Positions 15,221 to 30,300 of a stretch of 64,000 nt of DNA are shown in pieces. The stretch's first letter is position 1; the number at the start of each line of letters is the position of its first letter. The notes below the pieces were generated by a model, which was not told where the DNA came from, did not search any database, and saw nothing but the letters and a program-made list of their open reading frames with translations. Made by a program: the position numbers and the translations under genes. The stretch lies in assembly GCF_009914755.1 (NCBI RefSeq), contig NC_060933.1; one strand, written 5' to 3'. The stretch is from the human T2T-CHM13v2.0 reference genome, Homo sapiens.

Positions 15221-15265
15221 GGAACGGAACGGAACGGAACGGAACGGAACGGAACGGAACGGAAC
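15221..15265 (+). repeat. (GGAAC)9 variant micro-array
   Basis: Nine consecutive GGAAC units after TAATCCGAATAG at 15191. Confidence 0.9.
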
Positions 15266-15379
15266 GGAATGGAATGGAATGGAATGGAATGGAATGGAAT
15301 GGTACGGAATAGAATGGAATGGAACGAATTGTAATGGAATGGAATTGAATATAATGAAATGGAATGGAATGGAATGGAA

Positions 15380-16140
15380 TCAACGCGAGTGCAGGGGAAT
15401 GTAATGGAACGGAATGCAATGGAATGGAATCATCCGGAATGGAATGGAATGGAATGGAATGGAATGGAATGGAATCAACCCGAGTGCAATGGAATGGAGT
15501 GGAATGGAATGGAATGGAATGGAACAACCCGAATGGAATGGAATGAAATGGAGAGTAAGGGAGTTGAATAGAATCAATCCGAATGTAATGGAATGGAATG
15601 CAACGGAATGGAATGGAATGGAATGGAATGGAATGCAACGGAATGGAATCAACCCGAGTACAATGGAATGGAATGGAATGGAATGGAATGGAATGGAATG
15701 GAATGGATTGGAATACCTTCAAACCGAATGGTATGGAAAGGAATGGAATCAACACGAGTGGAATGGAATGGAATGGAATGGAATGGAATGGCATGGAATG
15801 GAATGGAATGATACGGAATAGAATGGAATGGAACGAAATGGAACGAAATGGAATGGAATGGAATGGAATGGAATGGAATGGAATGGAATGGAATGGAATG
15901 GAATCGTTCCGAGTGGAATAGGAGGGAATGTATTCGAGTGGAATGGAAAGGAATGGAATCAACCAGAGTAGAATGGAAGGGAATGGAATGGAATGGAAAC
16001 TAATAGAATGGAATCAACCCGAGTGGAATGGAATGGAAAAGACTGGAATGGAAAGGAATGGAATGGAATTGAATGGAATGGAATGGAATGGAATGGAATC
16101 AACGCGAGTGCAGGGGAATAGAATGGAATCGAATGGAATG
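15380..16140 (+). repeat. Dispersed block paralogous to ~21815-22560 (offset ~6.4 kb)
   Basis: ORF pairs 15380/21816 and 15414/21850. Shared private variants GATTGGAATACCTTCAAACCG and CAACCAGAGTAGAATGG. Confidence 0.82.
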
Positions 16141-16989
16141 GAATGGAATCAACCCGAGTGCAGGGGAATGTAATGGAACGGAATGCAATGGAATGGAATC
16201 ATCCGGAATGGAATGGAATGGAATGGAATGGAATCAACCCGAGTGAAATGGAATGGAGTGGACTGGAATGGAATGGAATGGAACAACCCGAATGGAATGG
16301 AATCTAATGGAGAGTAAGGGAGTTCAAAAGAATCAATCTGAATGTAATGGAATGGAATGGAACGGAATGGAATGGAATGGAATGGAATGGAATGGAATGG
16401 AATGGAATGGAATGGAAAGCAATGGAATGGAATCAACCCGAGTACAATGGAATGGAATGGAATGGAATGGAATGGAATGGAATGGAATGCAATGGAATGG
16501 AATCTTCCGGAATGGAATGGAATGGAATAGAATGGAATGGAATGGAATGCAATGGATTCAACTCGATTGCAATGGAATGGAATAGAATGTAATGGAATGG
16601 AATGGAATGGAATTAAACCGAATAGAATGGAATGGAATGGAATGGAACGGAACGGAACGGAACGGAATGGAACGGAGTGGAATTGAAAGGAATGGAATTG
16701 TATGGAATGGAATGGCATGGTACGGAATAGAATGGAATGGAAAGATTTGGAATGGAATGGAATCGAATGGAATGGAATGGAATGGAATGGAATGGAATCA
16801 ACTCGATTGCAATCGAATGGAATGGAATGGAATTAACCCGAATAGAATGGAATGGAATGGAATGGAACGGAACGGAATGGAATGGAATGGAATGGAATGG
16901 AATGGAACGGAAAGGAATGGAATGGAATGGAATGGAATGGAATGGAATGGAATCAACGCGAGTGCAGGTGAATGGAATGGAATGGAATG

Positions 16990-17800
16990 GAATGGAATGG
17001 AATGGAATCTTCCGGAATGGAATGGAATGGAATGGAATCAACCCGACTGCAATGGAATTGAGTGGAATGGAATGGAATGGAATGGAACAACCCGAATTGA
17101 ATGGAATGTAATGGAGAGTAAGGGAGTTGAATAGAATCAATCCGAATGTAATGGAATGGAATGGAACAGAATGGAATGGAATGGAATGGAATGGAATTGA
17201 ATGGAATGGAATGGAATCAACGCGAGTGCAGGGGAATGTAATGGAACGGAATGCAATGCAATGGAATCATCCGGAATGGAATGGAATGGAATGGAATGGA
17301 ATGGAATCAACCCGAGTACAGGGGAATGGAATGGAATGGAATGCAATGGAATGGAATCATCCGTAATGGAATGGAAAGGAATGGAATGGAATGGAATGGA
17401 ATGGATTCAACTAGATTGCAATGGAATGGATTGGAATGGAATGCAATGGAATGGAATCATCCGTAATGGAATGGAAAGGAATGGAATGGAATGGAATGGA
17501 ATGGATTCAACTCGATTGCAATGGAATGGAATAGAATGGAATGGAATGGAATGGAATGGAATTAATCCGAGTAGAATGGAATGGAATGGAATGGAACGGA
17601 ATGGAACGGAATGGAATGGAATGGAATGGTATGGAATGGAATGGAAAGGTACGGAATAGAATGGAATGGAACGAATTGTAATGGAATGGAATTGAATGGA
17701 ATGGAATGGAATGGAATGGAATCAACGCGAGTGCAGGGGAATGTAATGGAACGGAATGCAATGGAATGGAATCATCCGGAATGGAATGGAATGGAATGGA
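16990..17800 (+). repeat. Dispersed block paralogous to ~20830-21660 (offset ~3.85 kb)
   Basis: ORF pairs 17127/20967 and 17581/21441. Shared GGAATTGAGTGG, CCCGAATTGA, GGAAAGGTACGG and the same internal ~100-bp tandem duplication. Confidence 0.85.
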
Positions 17801-20800
17801 ATGGAATGGAATAAACCCGAGTGCAATGGAATGGAGTGGAATGGAATGGAATGGAATGGAACAACCCGAATGGAATGGAATGGAATGGAGAGTAAGGGAG
17901 TTGAATAGAATCAATCCGAATGTAATGGAATGGAATGCAACGGAATGGAATGGAATGGAATGGAATGGAATGCAATGGAATTGAATCAACCCGAGTACAA
18001 TGGAATGGAATGGAATGGAATGGAATGGAATGGAATGGAATGGAATGGAATGGAATGGAATGATACGGAATAGAATGGAATGGAACGAAATGGAATGGAA
18101 TGGAATGGAATGGAATGGAATGGAATGGAATGGAATGGAATGGAATCGTTCCGAGTGGAATAGGAGGGAATGTTTTCGAGTGGAATGGAAAGGAATGGAA
18201 TCAACCAGAGTGGAATGGAAGGGAATGGAATGGAATGGAAACTAATAGAATGGAATCAACCCGAGTGGAATGGAATGGAAAGGACTGGAATGGAATGGAA
18301 TGGAATGGGATCAACTCGATTGTAAAGGAATGGAATGGAATGGAATGGAATTAACCCGAATAAAATGCAATGGAATGGAATGGAACGGAATGGAGTGGAA
18401 TGGAATGGAATCAACCCGAGTGCAGGGGAATGGAATGGAATGGAATGCAATGGAATGGAATCATCCGGAATGGAATGGAATGGAATGGAATGCAAAGCAA
18501 TGGAATCAACTCGATTGCAATGGAATGGTATGGAATGGAAAGGAATACATTGGAATCAACCCGAGTGGAATGGAATGGAAAGGACTGGAATGGAGTGGAA
18601 TGGAATGGAATGGAATGGAATGGAATCAACTCGATTGGAATGGAATGGAATGGAATGGAATGGAATGGAATTAACCCGAATAGAATGGAATGGAATGGAA
18701 TGGAACGGAACGGAATGGAATGGAATGGAATGGAATGGAATGGAATGGAAACAACCCTACTGCAGGGGAATGGAATGGAATGGAATGCAATGGAATGCAT
18801 TCAACTTGAATGGAATGGAAAGAATGGAATCAACACGAGTGGAATGGCATGGATTGGAATGGTATGGAATGGAATCAACCCGAGTACACGGGAATGGAAT
18901 GGAATGGAATGCAATGGAATGGAATCATCCGTAATGGAATGGAAAGGAATGGAATGGAATGGAATGGAATGGAATGGAATGGAATCAACTCGATTGCAAT
19001 CGAATGGAATGGAATGGAATTAACCCGAATAGAATGGAATGGAATGGAATGGAACGGAACGGAACGGAATGCAATGGAATGGAATGGAATGGAACGGAAA
19101 GGAATGGAATGGAATGGAATGGAATGGAATGGAATGGAATGGAATCAACGCGAGTGCAGGGGAATGGAATGGAATGGAATGGAATCAACTCGATTGGAAT
19201 GGAATGGAATGGAATGGAATGGAATTAACCCGAATAGAATGGAATGGAATGGAATGGAACGGAACGGAACGGAACGAAATGGAATGGAATGGAATGGAAT
19301 GGAATGGAACGGAAAGGAATGGAATGGAATGGAATGGAATGGAATGGAATGGAATCAACGCCAGTGCAGGTGAATGGAATGGAATGGAATGGAATCAACT
19401 CGATTGGAATGGAATGGAATGGAATGGATTGGAATTAACCCGAATAGAATGGAATGGAATGGAAAGGAACGGAACGGAATGGAATGGAATGGAATGGAAT
19501 GGAATGGAAACAACCCTACTGCAGGGGAATGGAATGGAATGGAATGCAATGGAATGGATTCAACTTGAATGGAATGGAAAGAATGGAATCAACACGAGTG
19601 GAATGGCATGGATTGGAATGGAATGGAATGGAATCAACCCGAGTACGCGGGAATGGAATGGAATGGAATGCAATGGAATGGGATCATCCGTAATGGAATG
19701 GAAAGGAATGGAATGGAATGGAATGGAATGGAATGGAATGGAATCAACTCGATTGCAATCGAATGGAATGGAATGGAATTAACCCGAATAGAATGGAATG
19801 GAATGGAATGGAACGGAACGGAACGGAATGGAATGGAATGGAATGGAATGGAACGGAAAGGAATGGAATGGAATGGAATGGAATGGAATGGTATGGAATG
19901 GAATCAACGCGAGTGCAGGGGAATGGAATGGAATGGAATGCAATGGAATGGAATCTTCCGGAATGGAACGGAATGGAATGGAATGGAATGGAATGGAATG
20001 GAATGGAACAACCCGAATGGAATGGAATGTAATGGGGAGTGTAATGGAGAGGGTAAAACCGAGTGCAATGGAATGGAGTGGAATGGAATGGAATGGAATG
20101 GAACAACCCGAATGGAATGGAATGTAATGGAGAGTAAGGGAGTTGAATAGAATCAATCCGAATGTAATGGAATGGAATGGAACGGAATGGAATGGAATGG
20201 AATGGAATGGAATGCAATGGAATGGAATCAACCCGAGTTCAATGGAATGGAGAGGAATGGAATGGAATGGAATGGAAACTACCCGAATGGAATGGAATGT
20301 AATGGAGTGTAAGGGAATTGAATAGAATCAATCCGAGTGTAATGGAATGGAATGGAACGGAATGGAATGGAATGGAATGGAATGGAATGGAATGCAATGG
20401 AATGGAATCAACCCGAGTGCAATCGAATGGAATCGAATGGAATGGAATGCAATGGAATGGATTCAACTTGAATGGAATGGAAAGAATGGAATCAACACGA
20501 GTGGAAGGGCATGGATTGGAATGCAATGGAATGGAATCAACCCGAGTACAGGGGAATGGAATGGAATGGAATGCAATGGAATGGAATCATCCGTAATGGA
20601 ATGGAAAGGAATGGAATGGAATGGAATGGAATGGAATGGAATGGAATCAACTCGATTGCAATTGAATGGAATGGAATGGAATTAACCCGAATAGAATGGA
20701 ATGGAATGGAACGGAACGGAACGGAATGGAATGGAATGGAATGGAACGGAAAGGGAATGGAATGGAATAGAATGGAATGGAATGGAATCAACGTGAGTGC

Positions 20801-23800
20801 AGGGGAATGGAATGGAATGGAATGCAATGGAATGGAATCTTCCGGAATGGAATGGAATGGAATGGAATGGAATGGAATCAACCCGAGTGCAATGGAATTG
20901 AGTGGAATGGAATGGAATGGAATGGAACAACCCGAATTGAATGGAATGTAATGGAGAGTAAGGGAGTTGAATAGAATCAATCCGAATGTAATGGATTGGA
21001 ATGTAACAGAATGGAATGGAATGGAATGGAATGGAATTGAATGGAATGGAATGGAATGGAATGGAATGGAATCAACGCAAGTGCAGGGGAATGTAATGGA
21101 ACGGAATGCAATGGAATGGAATCATCCGGAATGGAATGGAATGGAATGGAATGGAATGGAATCAACCCGAGTACAGGGGAATGGAATGGAATGGAATGCA
21201 ATGGAATGGAATCATCCGTAATGGAATGGAAAGGAATGGAATGGAATGGAATGGAATGGAATGGATTCAACTCGATTGCAATGGAATGGATTGGAATGGA
21301 ATGCAATGGAATGGAATCATCCGTAATGGAATGGAAAGGAATGGAATGGAATGGAATGGAATGGATTCAACTCGATTGCAATGGAATGGAATAGAATGGA
21401 ATGGAATGGAATGGAATGGAATTAATCCGAATAGAATGGAATGGAATGGAATGGAACGGAATGGAACGGAATGGAATGGAATGGAATGGTATGGAATGGA
21501 ATGGAAAGGTACGGAATAGAATGGAATGGAACGAATTGTAATGGAATGGAATTGAATGGAATGGAATGGAATGGAATGGAATCAACGCGAGTGCAGGGGA
21601 ATGTAATGGAACGGAATGCAATGGAATGGAATCATCCGGAATGGAATGGAATGGAATGGAATGGAATGGAACAACCCGAATTGAATGGAATGTAATGGAG
21701 AGTAAGGGAGTTGAATAGAATCAATCCGAATGTAATGGAATGGAATGGAACAGAATGGAACGGAATGGAACGGAATGGAATGGAATGGAATGGAATGGAA
21801 TGGAATGGAATGGAATCAACGCGAGTGCAGGGGAATGTAATGGAACGGAATGCAATGGAATGGAATCATCCGGAATGGAATGGAATGGAATGGAATGGAA
21901 TGGAATGGAATCAACCCGAGTGCAATGGAATGGAGTGGAATGGAATGGAATGGAATGGAACAACCCGAATGGAATGGAATGAAATGGAGAGTAAGGGAGT
22001 TGAATAGAATCAATCCGAATGTAATGGAATGGAATGCAACGGAATGGAATGGAATGGAATGGAATGGAATGGAATGCAATGGAATGGAATCAACCCGAGT
22101 ACAATGGAATGGAATGGAATGGAATGGAATGGAATGGAATGGATTGGAATACCTTCAAACCGAATGGAATGGAAAGGAATGGAATCAACACGAGTGGAAT
22201 GGAATGGAATGGAATGGAATGGAATGGCATGGAATGGAATGGAATGATACGGAATAGAATGGAATGGCACGAAATGGAATGGAATGGAATGGAATGGAAT
22301 GGAATGGAATGGAATCGTTCCGAGTGGAATAGGAGGGAATGTATTCGAGTGGAATGGAAAGGAATGGAATCAACCAGAGTAGAATGGAAGGGAATGGAAT
22401 GGAATGGAAACTAATAGAATGGAATCAACCCGAGTGGAATGGAATGGAAAGGACTGGAATGGAAAGTAATGGAATGGAATGGAATGGAATGGAATGGAAT
22501 GGAATGGAATGGAATGGAATGGAATCAACGCGAGTGCAGGGGAATGGAATGGAATCGAATGGAATGGAATGGAATGGAATGGAATCAACTCGATTGCAAT
22601 CGAATGGAATGGAATGGAATTAACCCGAATAGAATGGAATGGAATGGAATGGAACGGAGCGTAATGGAATGGAATGGAGTGGAAAGGAATGCAACGGAAC
22701 GGAATGGAATGGAATGGAATGGAATGGAATGGAATGGAATCAACGCGAGTGCAGGGGAATGGAATGGAATGGAATGCAATGGAATGGAATCTTCCGGAAT
22801 GGAATGGAATGGAATGGAATGGAATGAAATGCAATGGGTTCAACTCGATTGCAATGGAATGGAATAGAATGGAATGGAATGGAATGGAATGGCATTAATT
22901 CGAATAGAATCGAATTGAATGGAATGGAACGGAATGGAACGGAATGGAATGGAATGGAATGGAATGGTATGGAATGGAATGGAATGGTACGGAATAGAAT
23001 GGAATGGAACGAATTGTAATGGAATGGAATTGAATGGAATGGAATGGAATGGAATGGAATCAACGCGAGTTCAGGGGAATGTAATGGAACGGAATGCAAT
23101 AGAATGGAATCATCCGCAATGGAATGGAATGGAGTGGAATGGAATGGAATCAACCCGAGTGCAATGGAATGGAGTGGAATGGAATGGAATGGAATGGAAC
23201 AACCCGAATGGAATGGAATGTAATGGAGAGTAAGGGAGTTGAATAGAATCTATCCGAATGTAATGAAATGGAATGCAACGGAATGGAATGGAATGGAATG
23301 GAATGGAATGCAATGGAATTGAATCAACCCGAGTACAATGGAATGGAATGGAATGGAATGGAATGGAAGGGAATGGAATGGAATGGAATGATACGGAATA
23401 GAATGGAATGGAACGAAATGGAATGGAATGGAATGGAATGGAATGGAATGGAATGGAATCGTTCCGAGTGGAATGGGAGGGAATGTATTCGAGTGGAATG
23501 GAAAGGAATGGAATCAACCAGAGTGGAATGGAAGGGAATGGAATGGAATGGAAACTAATAGAATTGAAACAAACTAAGAGGAATGGAATGGAAAGGAATG
23601 GAATGGAATGGAATGGAATCAACTTGATTGTAATGCAATGGAATGGAATGGAATGGAATGGAATGGAATGGAATGGAATTAACCCGAATACAATGCAATG
23701 GAATGGAATGGAACGGAATGGAGTGGAATGGAATGCAATCAACCCGAGTGCAGGGGAATGGAATGGAATGGAATGCAATGGAATGGAATCATCCGGAATG

Positions 23801-24399
23801 GAATGGAATGGAATGGAATGCAAAGCAATGGAATCAACTCAATTGCAATGGAATGGAATGGAATGGAAAGGAATACATTGGAGTCAACCCGAGTGGAATG
23901 GAATGGAAAGGACTGGAATGGAATGGAATGGAATGGAATGGAATGGAATGGAATGCAATGGAATCAACTCGATTGCAATCGAATGGAATGGAATAGAATT
24001 AACCCGAATAGAATGGAATGGAATGGAATGGAACGGAACGGAACGGAATCAACGCGAGTGCAAGGGAATAGAATGGAATGGAATACAATGGAATGGAATG
24101 GAATGGAATGGAATGGAACGGAAAGGAATGGAATGGAATGGAATGGAATGGAATGGAATGGAATCAACGCGAGTGCAAGGGAATGGAATGGAATGGAATG
24201 CAATGGAATGGAATATTCGGGAATGGAATGGAATGGAATGCAATGGAACTGAATCAACCCGAGTACAATGGAATGGAATGGAATGGAATGGAATGGAATG
24301 GAATTGAATGGAATGGAATCGTTCCGAGTGGAATAGGAGGGAATGTATTCGAGTGGAATGGAAAGGAATGGAATCAACAAGAGTGGAATGGAAGGGAAT

Positions 24400-27300
24400 G
24401 GAATGGAATGGAAACTAACAGAATGGAATCCACCCGAGTGGAATGGAATGGAAAGGACTGGAATGGAATGGAATGGAATGGAATGAATGGAATGGAATGG
24501 AATGGAATGGAATGGAATGGATTCAACCTGAATGGAATGGAAGGGAATGGAATAAACCCGAGTGGAATGGCATGGAATGGAGTGGAATGGAATTGAATGG
24601 AAGGGAATGGTACGCAATAGAATGGAATGGAACGAAATGGAATGGAATGGAATGGAATGGAATGGAATGAACCCGTGTGCAATTGAATGGAATCGAATGG
24701 AATGGAATGCAATGGAATGGATTCAACTAGAATGGAATGGAAAGGAATGGAATCAACCCGAGTGGAATGGCATGGCATGGAATGGAATGGAATGGAATGG
24801 AAAGGATTGGTACGGAATAGAATGGAATGGAACGAAATGGAATGGAATGGAATGGAATGGAATGGAATGGAATAGAATGGAATCCACCCGATTGCAGGGG
24901 AATGGAATGGAATGGAATGGAATGGAATGGAATGGAATGGATTCAACCCGAATGGAATGGAAAGGAATGGAATCAACCCGAGTGGATTGGCATGGAATGG
25001 AATGGAATGGAATGGAATGCTAGGGAATAGAATGGAATGGTACGAAATGGAATGGAATGGAATGGAATGGAATGGAATGGAATGGAATGGAATGGAATCA
25101 ACCTGAGTGCAATGGAATGGAGTGGAAGGGAATGTAATGGAACGGAAACAACACGAATGGAATGGAATGTAATGGAGTGTAAGGGAATTGAATAGAATCA
25201 ATCCGAATGTAATGGAATGGAATGGAACGGAATGGAATGGAATGCAATGGAATGGAATGGAATGGAGTGGAATGGAATGAAATGGAATGGCAGGGAATGG
25301 AATGGAATCAACCCGAGTGCAATGGAATGGAATGGAATGGAATGGAATGGAATGGAATGGAATGGAATGAATTCAACCCGAATGGAATGGAAAGGAATGG
25401 AATAAACCCGAGTGGAATGGCATTGAATGGAATGGAATGGAATGGAAAGGTACGGAATAGAATGGAATGGAACGAAATGGAATGGAATGGAATGGAATGG
25501 AATGGAATGGAATGGAATCAACCTGAGTGCAATGGAATGGAATGGAATGGAATGGAATGGAATGGAAACAACCCGAATGGAATGGAATGTAATGGAGTGT
25601 AAGGAATTGAATACAATCAATCCGAATGTAATGGAATGGAATGGAACGGAATGGAATGGAATGGAATGCAGTGGAATGGAATCAAACCTAGTGCAATGGA
25701 ATGGAATGGAATGGAATGGAATGGAATGGAATGGAATGGAATGGATTGGATTCAACACAAATGGAATGGAAAGCAATAGAATCAACCCGAGTGGAATGGC
25801 ATGGAATGGAATGGAATGGAATGGAATGGAATGGAATGGTACGGAATAGAATGGAATGGAACGAAATGGAATGGAATGGAATGGAATGGAACGGAATGGA
25901 ATGGAATCAACTCGATTGCAATGGAATGTAATGGAATGGAATGGAATTAACGCGAATAGAATGGAATGGAATGGAATGGAACGGAATGGAATGGAATGGG
26001 ATGGAATGGAATCAATCTGAGTGCTGGGGGATGGAATGGAATGGAATGCAATGGAATGGAATGTAATGGAATGGAATGCAATGGAATGGAATGTAATTGA
26101 ATGGAATGCAATGGAATGGAATGGAATGGAATGGAATGCAATGGAATCAACTCGATTGCAATGGGATGGAATGGAATGGAATGGAATGGAATGGAAGGGA
26201 ATGGAATGGAATGGAATTAACCTGAACAGAATGGAATGGAACGGAATGGAATGGAATGGAATGGAGTGGAATCAACCCGATTGCAATGGAATGGAGTGGA
26301 ATGGAATGGAATGGAATGGAAACAACCCGAATGGAATGGAATGTAATGGAGTGTAAGGGAATTGAATAGAATAAATACGAATGTAATGGAATGGAATGGA
26401 ACGGAATGGAATGCAATGGAATGGAATGCAATGCAATGGAATGGGATCAACCCGAGTGTAATGGAATGGAATCGAAAGGAATGGAATGGAATGGAATGGT
26501 TTCAACACGAATGGAATGGAAAGGAATGGAATCATCACGAGTGGAATGGAATGGAATGGAATGGAATGGAATGGAATGGAATGGACCCGTGTGCAATGGA
26601 ATGGAATTGAATGGAATGGAATGGAATGGAATGGATTCAAGTCGAATGGAATGGAAAGGAATGGAATCAACCCGAATGGAATGGCATGGAATGGAATGGA
26701 ATGAAATGGAATGGAATGGAATGGAATGGTACGGAATAGAACGGAATGAAACGAAATGGAATGGAATGGAATGGAATGGAAAGGAATGGAATGGAATCAA
26801 CCCGAGTGCAGGGGAATGGAATGGAATGGAAGGCAATGGAATGCAATCATCCGGAATTGAATGGAATGGAATGGAATGGAATGGAATCAACTCGATTGCA
26901 ATGGAATGTAATGGAATGGAATGGAATGGAATTAACCCTAATTGAATGGAATGGAATGGAATGGAAGGGAATGGAATGGAATGGAATGGAATGGAATTAA
27001 CCGGAATAGAATGCAATGGAATGGAATGGAATGGAATGGAATGGAAAGAATGAAATGGAATCAACTCGATTTCACTGGAATGGAATGGAATGCAATGGAA
27101 TGGAATGGAATGGAATGGAATGAAATTAACCCGAATAGAATGGAATGGAATGGAATGGAATGGAATGGAACGGAATGGAATGGAATAGAGTGGAATGGAA
27201 TGGAATGGAATAGAATGGAATCCACCCGAGTGCAGGGGAATGGAATGGAATGGTATGCAATGGAATGGAATCATACGGAATGGAATGGAATGGAATGGAA

Positions 27301-30300
27301 TGGAATCAACCCGATTGCAATGGAATGGAGTGGAATGGAATGGAATGGAATGGAAACAACCCGAATGGAATGGAATGGAATGGAGTGTAAGGGAAGTGAA
27401 TAGAATCAATACGAATGTAATGGAATGGAATGGAACGGAATGGAATGCAATGGAATGGAATGGAATCCAATGGAATGGGTTCAACCCGAGTGCAATGGAA
27501 TGGAATCGAAAGTAATGGAATGGAATGGAATGGATTCAACACGAATGGAATGGAAAGGAATGGAATCAACCCGAGTGGAATGGAATTTAATGGAATGGAA
27601 TGGAATGGAATGCAGTGAAATGGAATCAAACCTAGTGCAATGGAATGGAATGGAATGGAATGGAATGGAATGGAATGGATTAGATTCAACCCAAATGGAA
27701 TGGAAAGCAATGGAATCAACCCGAGTGGAATGGCATGGAATGGAATGGAATGGAATGGAATGGAAAGGTACGGAATAGAATGGAATGGAACGAAATGGAA
27801 TGTAATGTAATGGAATGGAATGGAATGGAATGGAATGGAATGGAATGGAATGGAATAGAATGGAATCCACCCGATTGCAGGGGAATGGAATGGAATGGAA
27901 TGCAATGGAATGGAATGGAATGGATTCAACCCGAATGGAATGGAAAGGAAAGGAATAAACCCGAGTGAAATGGCATGGAAGGGAATGGAATGGAATGCAA
28001 TGGTACGGAGTAGAATGGAATGGAACGAAATGGAATGGAATGGAATGGAATGGAATGGAATTGGATGGAATGAACCCGTGAGCAATGGAATGGAATGGAA
28101 TGGAATGGAATGGAATGGAATGGAATGGGTTCAACTCGAATGGAATGGAAAGGAATGGAATCAACCCGAGTGGAATGGCATGGAATGGAATGGAATGGAA
28201 TGGAATGGAATGGAATGGATTCAACCCGAATGGAATGGATTCAACCCGAATGGAATGGAAAGGAATGGAATAAACCCGAGTGGAATGGCATGGAATGGAG
28301 AGGAATGGAATGGAATGGAATTGAATGGTACGGAATAGAATGGAATGGAACGAAATGGAATGGAATGGAATGGAATGGAATGGAATGGAATGGAATGGAA
28401 TGTAATGGAATGAACCCGTGTGCAATTGAATGGAATCGAATGGAATGGAATGCAATGGAATGGATTCAACTAGAATGGAATGGAAAGGAATGGAATCAAC
28501 TCGAGTGGAATGGAATGGAACGAAATGGAATGGAATGGAATGGAATGAATGGAATGGAATGGAATAGAATGGAATCCACCCGATTGCAGGGGAATGGAAT
28601 GGAACGGAATACAATGGAATGGATTGGAATGGATTCAACCCGAATGGAATGGAAAGGAATGGAATCAACCCGAGTGGAATGGCATGGAATGGAAAGGAAT
28701 GGAATGGAATGGAATGGTACGGAATAGAATGGAATGGATCGAAATGGAATGGAATGGAATGGAATGGAATGGAATAGAATGGAATGGAATCAACCTGAGT
28801 GCAATAGAATGGAGTGGAATGGAATGTAATGGAACGGAAACAACCCGAATGGAATGGAATGTAATGGAGTGTAAGGGAATTGAATACAATCAATCCGAAT
28901 GTAATGGAATGGAATGGAACGGAATGGAATGGAATGGAATGGAATGGAATGGAATGGAATGGAATGAAATGGAATGGCAGGGAATGGAATGGAATCAACC
29001 CGAGTGCAAAGGAATGGAATGGAATGGATTGGAATGGAATGGAATGGAATGGATTCAACCCGAATGGAATGGAAAGGAATGTAATAAACCTGAGTGGAAT
29101 GGCATGGAATGGAATGGAATGGAATGGAATGGTACGGAATAGAATGGAATGGAACGAAATGGAATGGAATGGAATGGAATGGAATGGAATCAACCTGAGT
29201 GCAATGGAATGGAGTAGAATGGAAAGTAATGGAATGGAAACAACCCGAAAGGAATGGAATGTAATGGAGTGTAAGGGAATTGAATACAATCAATCCGAAT
29301 GTAATGGAATGGAATGGAACGGAATGGAATGGAATGGAATGCAGTGGAATGGAATCAAACCTAGTGCAATGGAATGGAATGGAATGGAATGGAATGGAAT
29401 GGAATGGAATGGATTGGATTCAACCCAAATGGAATGGAAAGCCATGGAATCAACCCGAGTGGAATGGCATGGAATGGAATGGAATGGAATGGAATGGAAT
29501 GGAATGGTACAGAATAAAATGGAATGGAACGAAATGGAATGGAATGCAATGGAATGGAACGGAATGGAATGGAATCAACTCGATTGCAATGGAATGTAAT
29601 GGAATGGAATGGAATGGAATTAACGCGAATAGAATGGAATGGAATGTAATGGAACGGAATGGAATGGAATGGGATGGAATGGAATCAATCTGAGTGCAGG
29701 AGAATGGAATGGAATGGAATGCAATGGAATGGAATGGAATGGAATGGAATGCAATGGAATCAACTAGATTGTAATGGGATGGAATGGGATGGAATGGAAT
29801 GGAAGGGAATGGAATGGAATGGAATTAACCTGAACAGAATGGAATGGAATGGAATGGAACGGAATGGAATGGAATGGAATGGAATGGAATGGAATGGAAT
29901 GCAATGCAATGGGATCAACCCGAGTGCAGGGGAATGGAATGGAATGGAATGCAATGGAATGGAATCAATCAACCCGAGTGCAATAGAATGAAGTGGAATG
30001 GAATGGAATGGAATTGAAAGTACCCGAATGGAAAGGAATATAATGGAGTGTAAGGGAATTAAAAAGAATCCGAATGTAATGGAATGGAATGGAACGGAAT
30101 GGAATGGAATGGAATGGAATGGAATGGAATGGAATGGAATGAAATGGAATGGCATGGAATGGAATGGAATCAACCCGAGTTCAATGGATTGGAATCAAAT
30201 GGAATGGAATGGAATGGAATGGATTCAACCCGAATGGAATGGAAAGGAATGGAATAAACCCGAGTGAAATGGCATGGAAGGGAATGGAATGGAATGGAAT

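Larger units (their letters stand above)
11601..24224. promoter_or_regulatory. Cluster 1 of perfect HSE motifs (12 sites) embedded in satellite
   Basis: GAAnnTTCnnGAA sites start at 11601, 11981, 12630, 13204, 14223, 15071, 16499, 17004, 19950, 20834, 22786 and 24210. Motif match only. Confidence 0.5.

Noticed and set aside
15900-15915. GGAATCGTTCC as an HSE
   Set aside because: GAA and TTC are 3 nt apart rather than 2, so it does not fit the nGAAnnTTCn spacing.
15921-15926. GGAGG Shine-Dalgarno-like sequence upstream of ATG in the C cassette
   Set aside because: The context is eukaryotic satellite and the match is coincidental in purine-rich sequence; the downstream ORF is repeat-derived.
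27481-29289. Longest ORF, 602 aa on the - strand
   Set aside because: It is pure IPFHS-type low complexity, and its length reflects the scarcity of stop codons on the CATTC strand.
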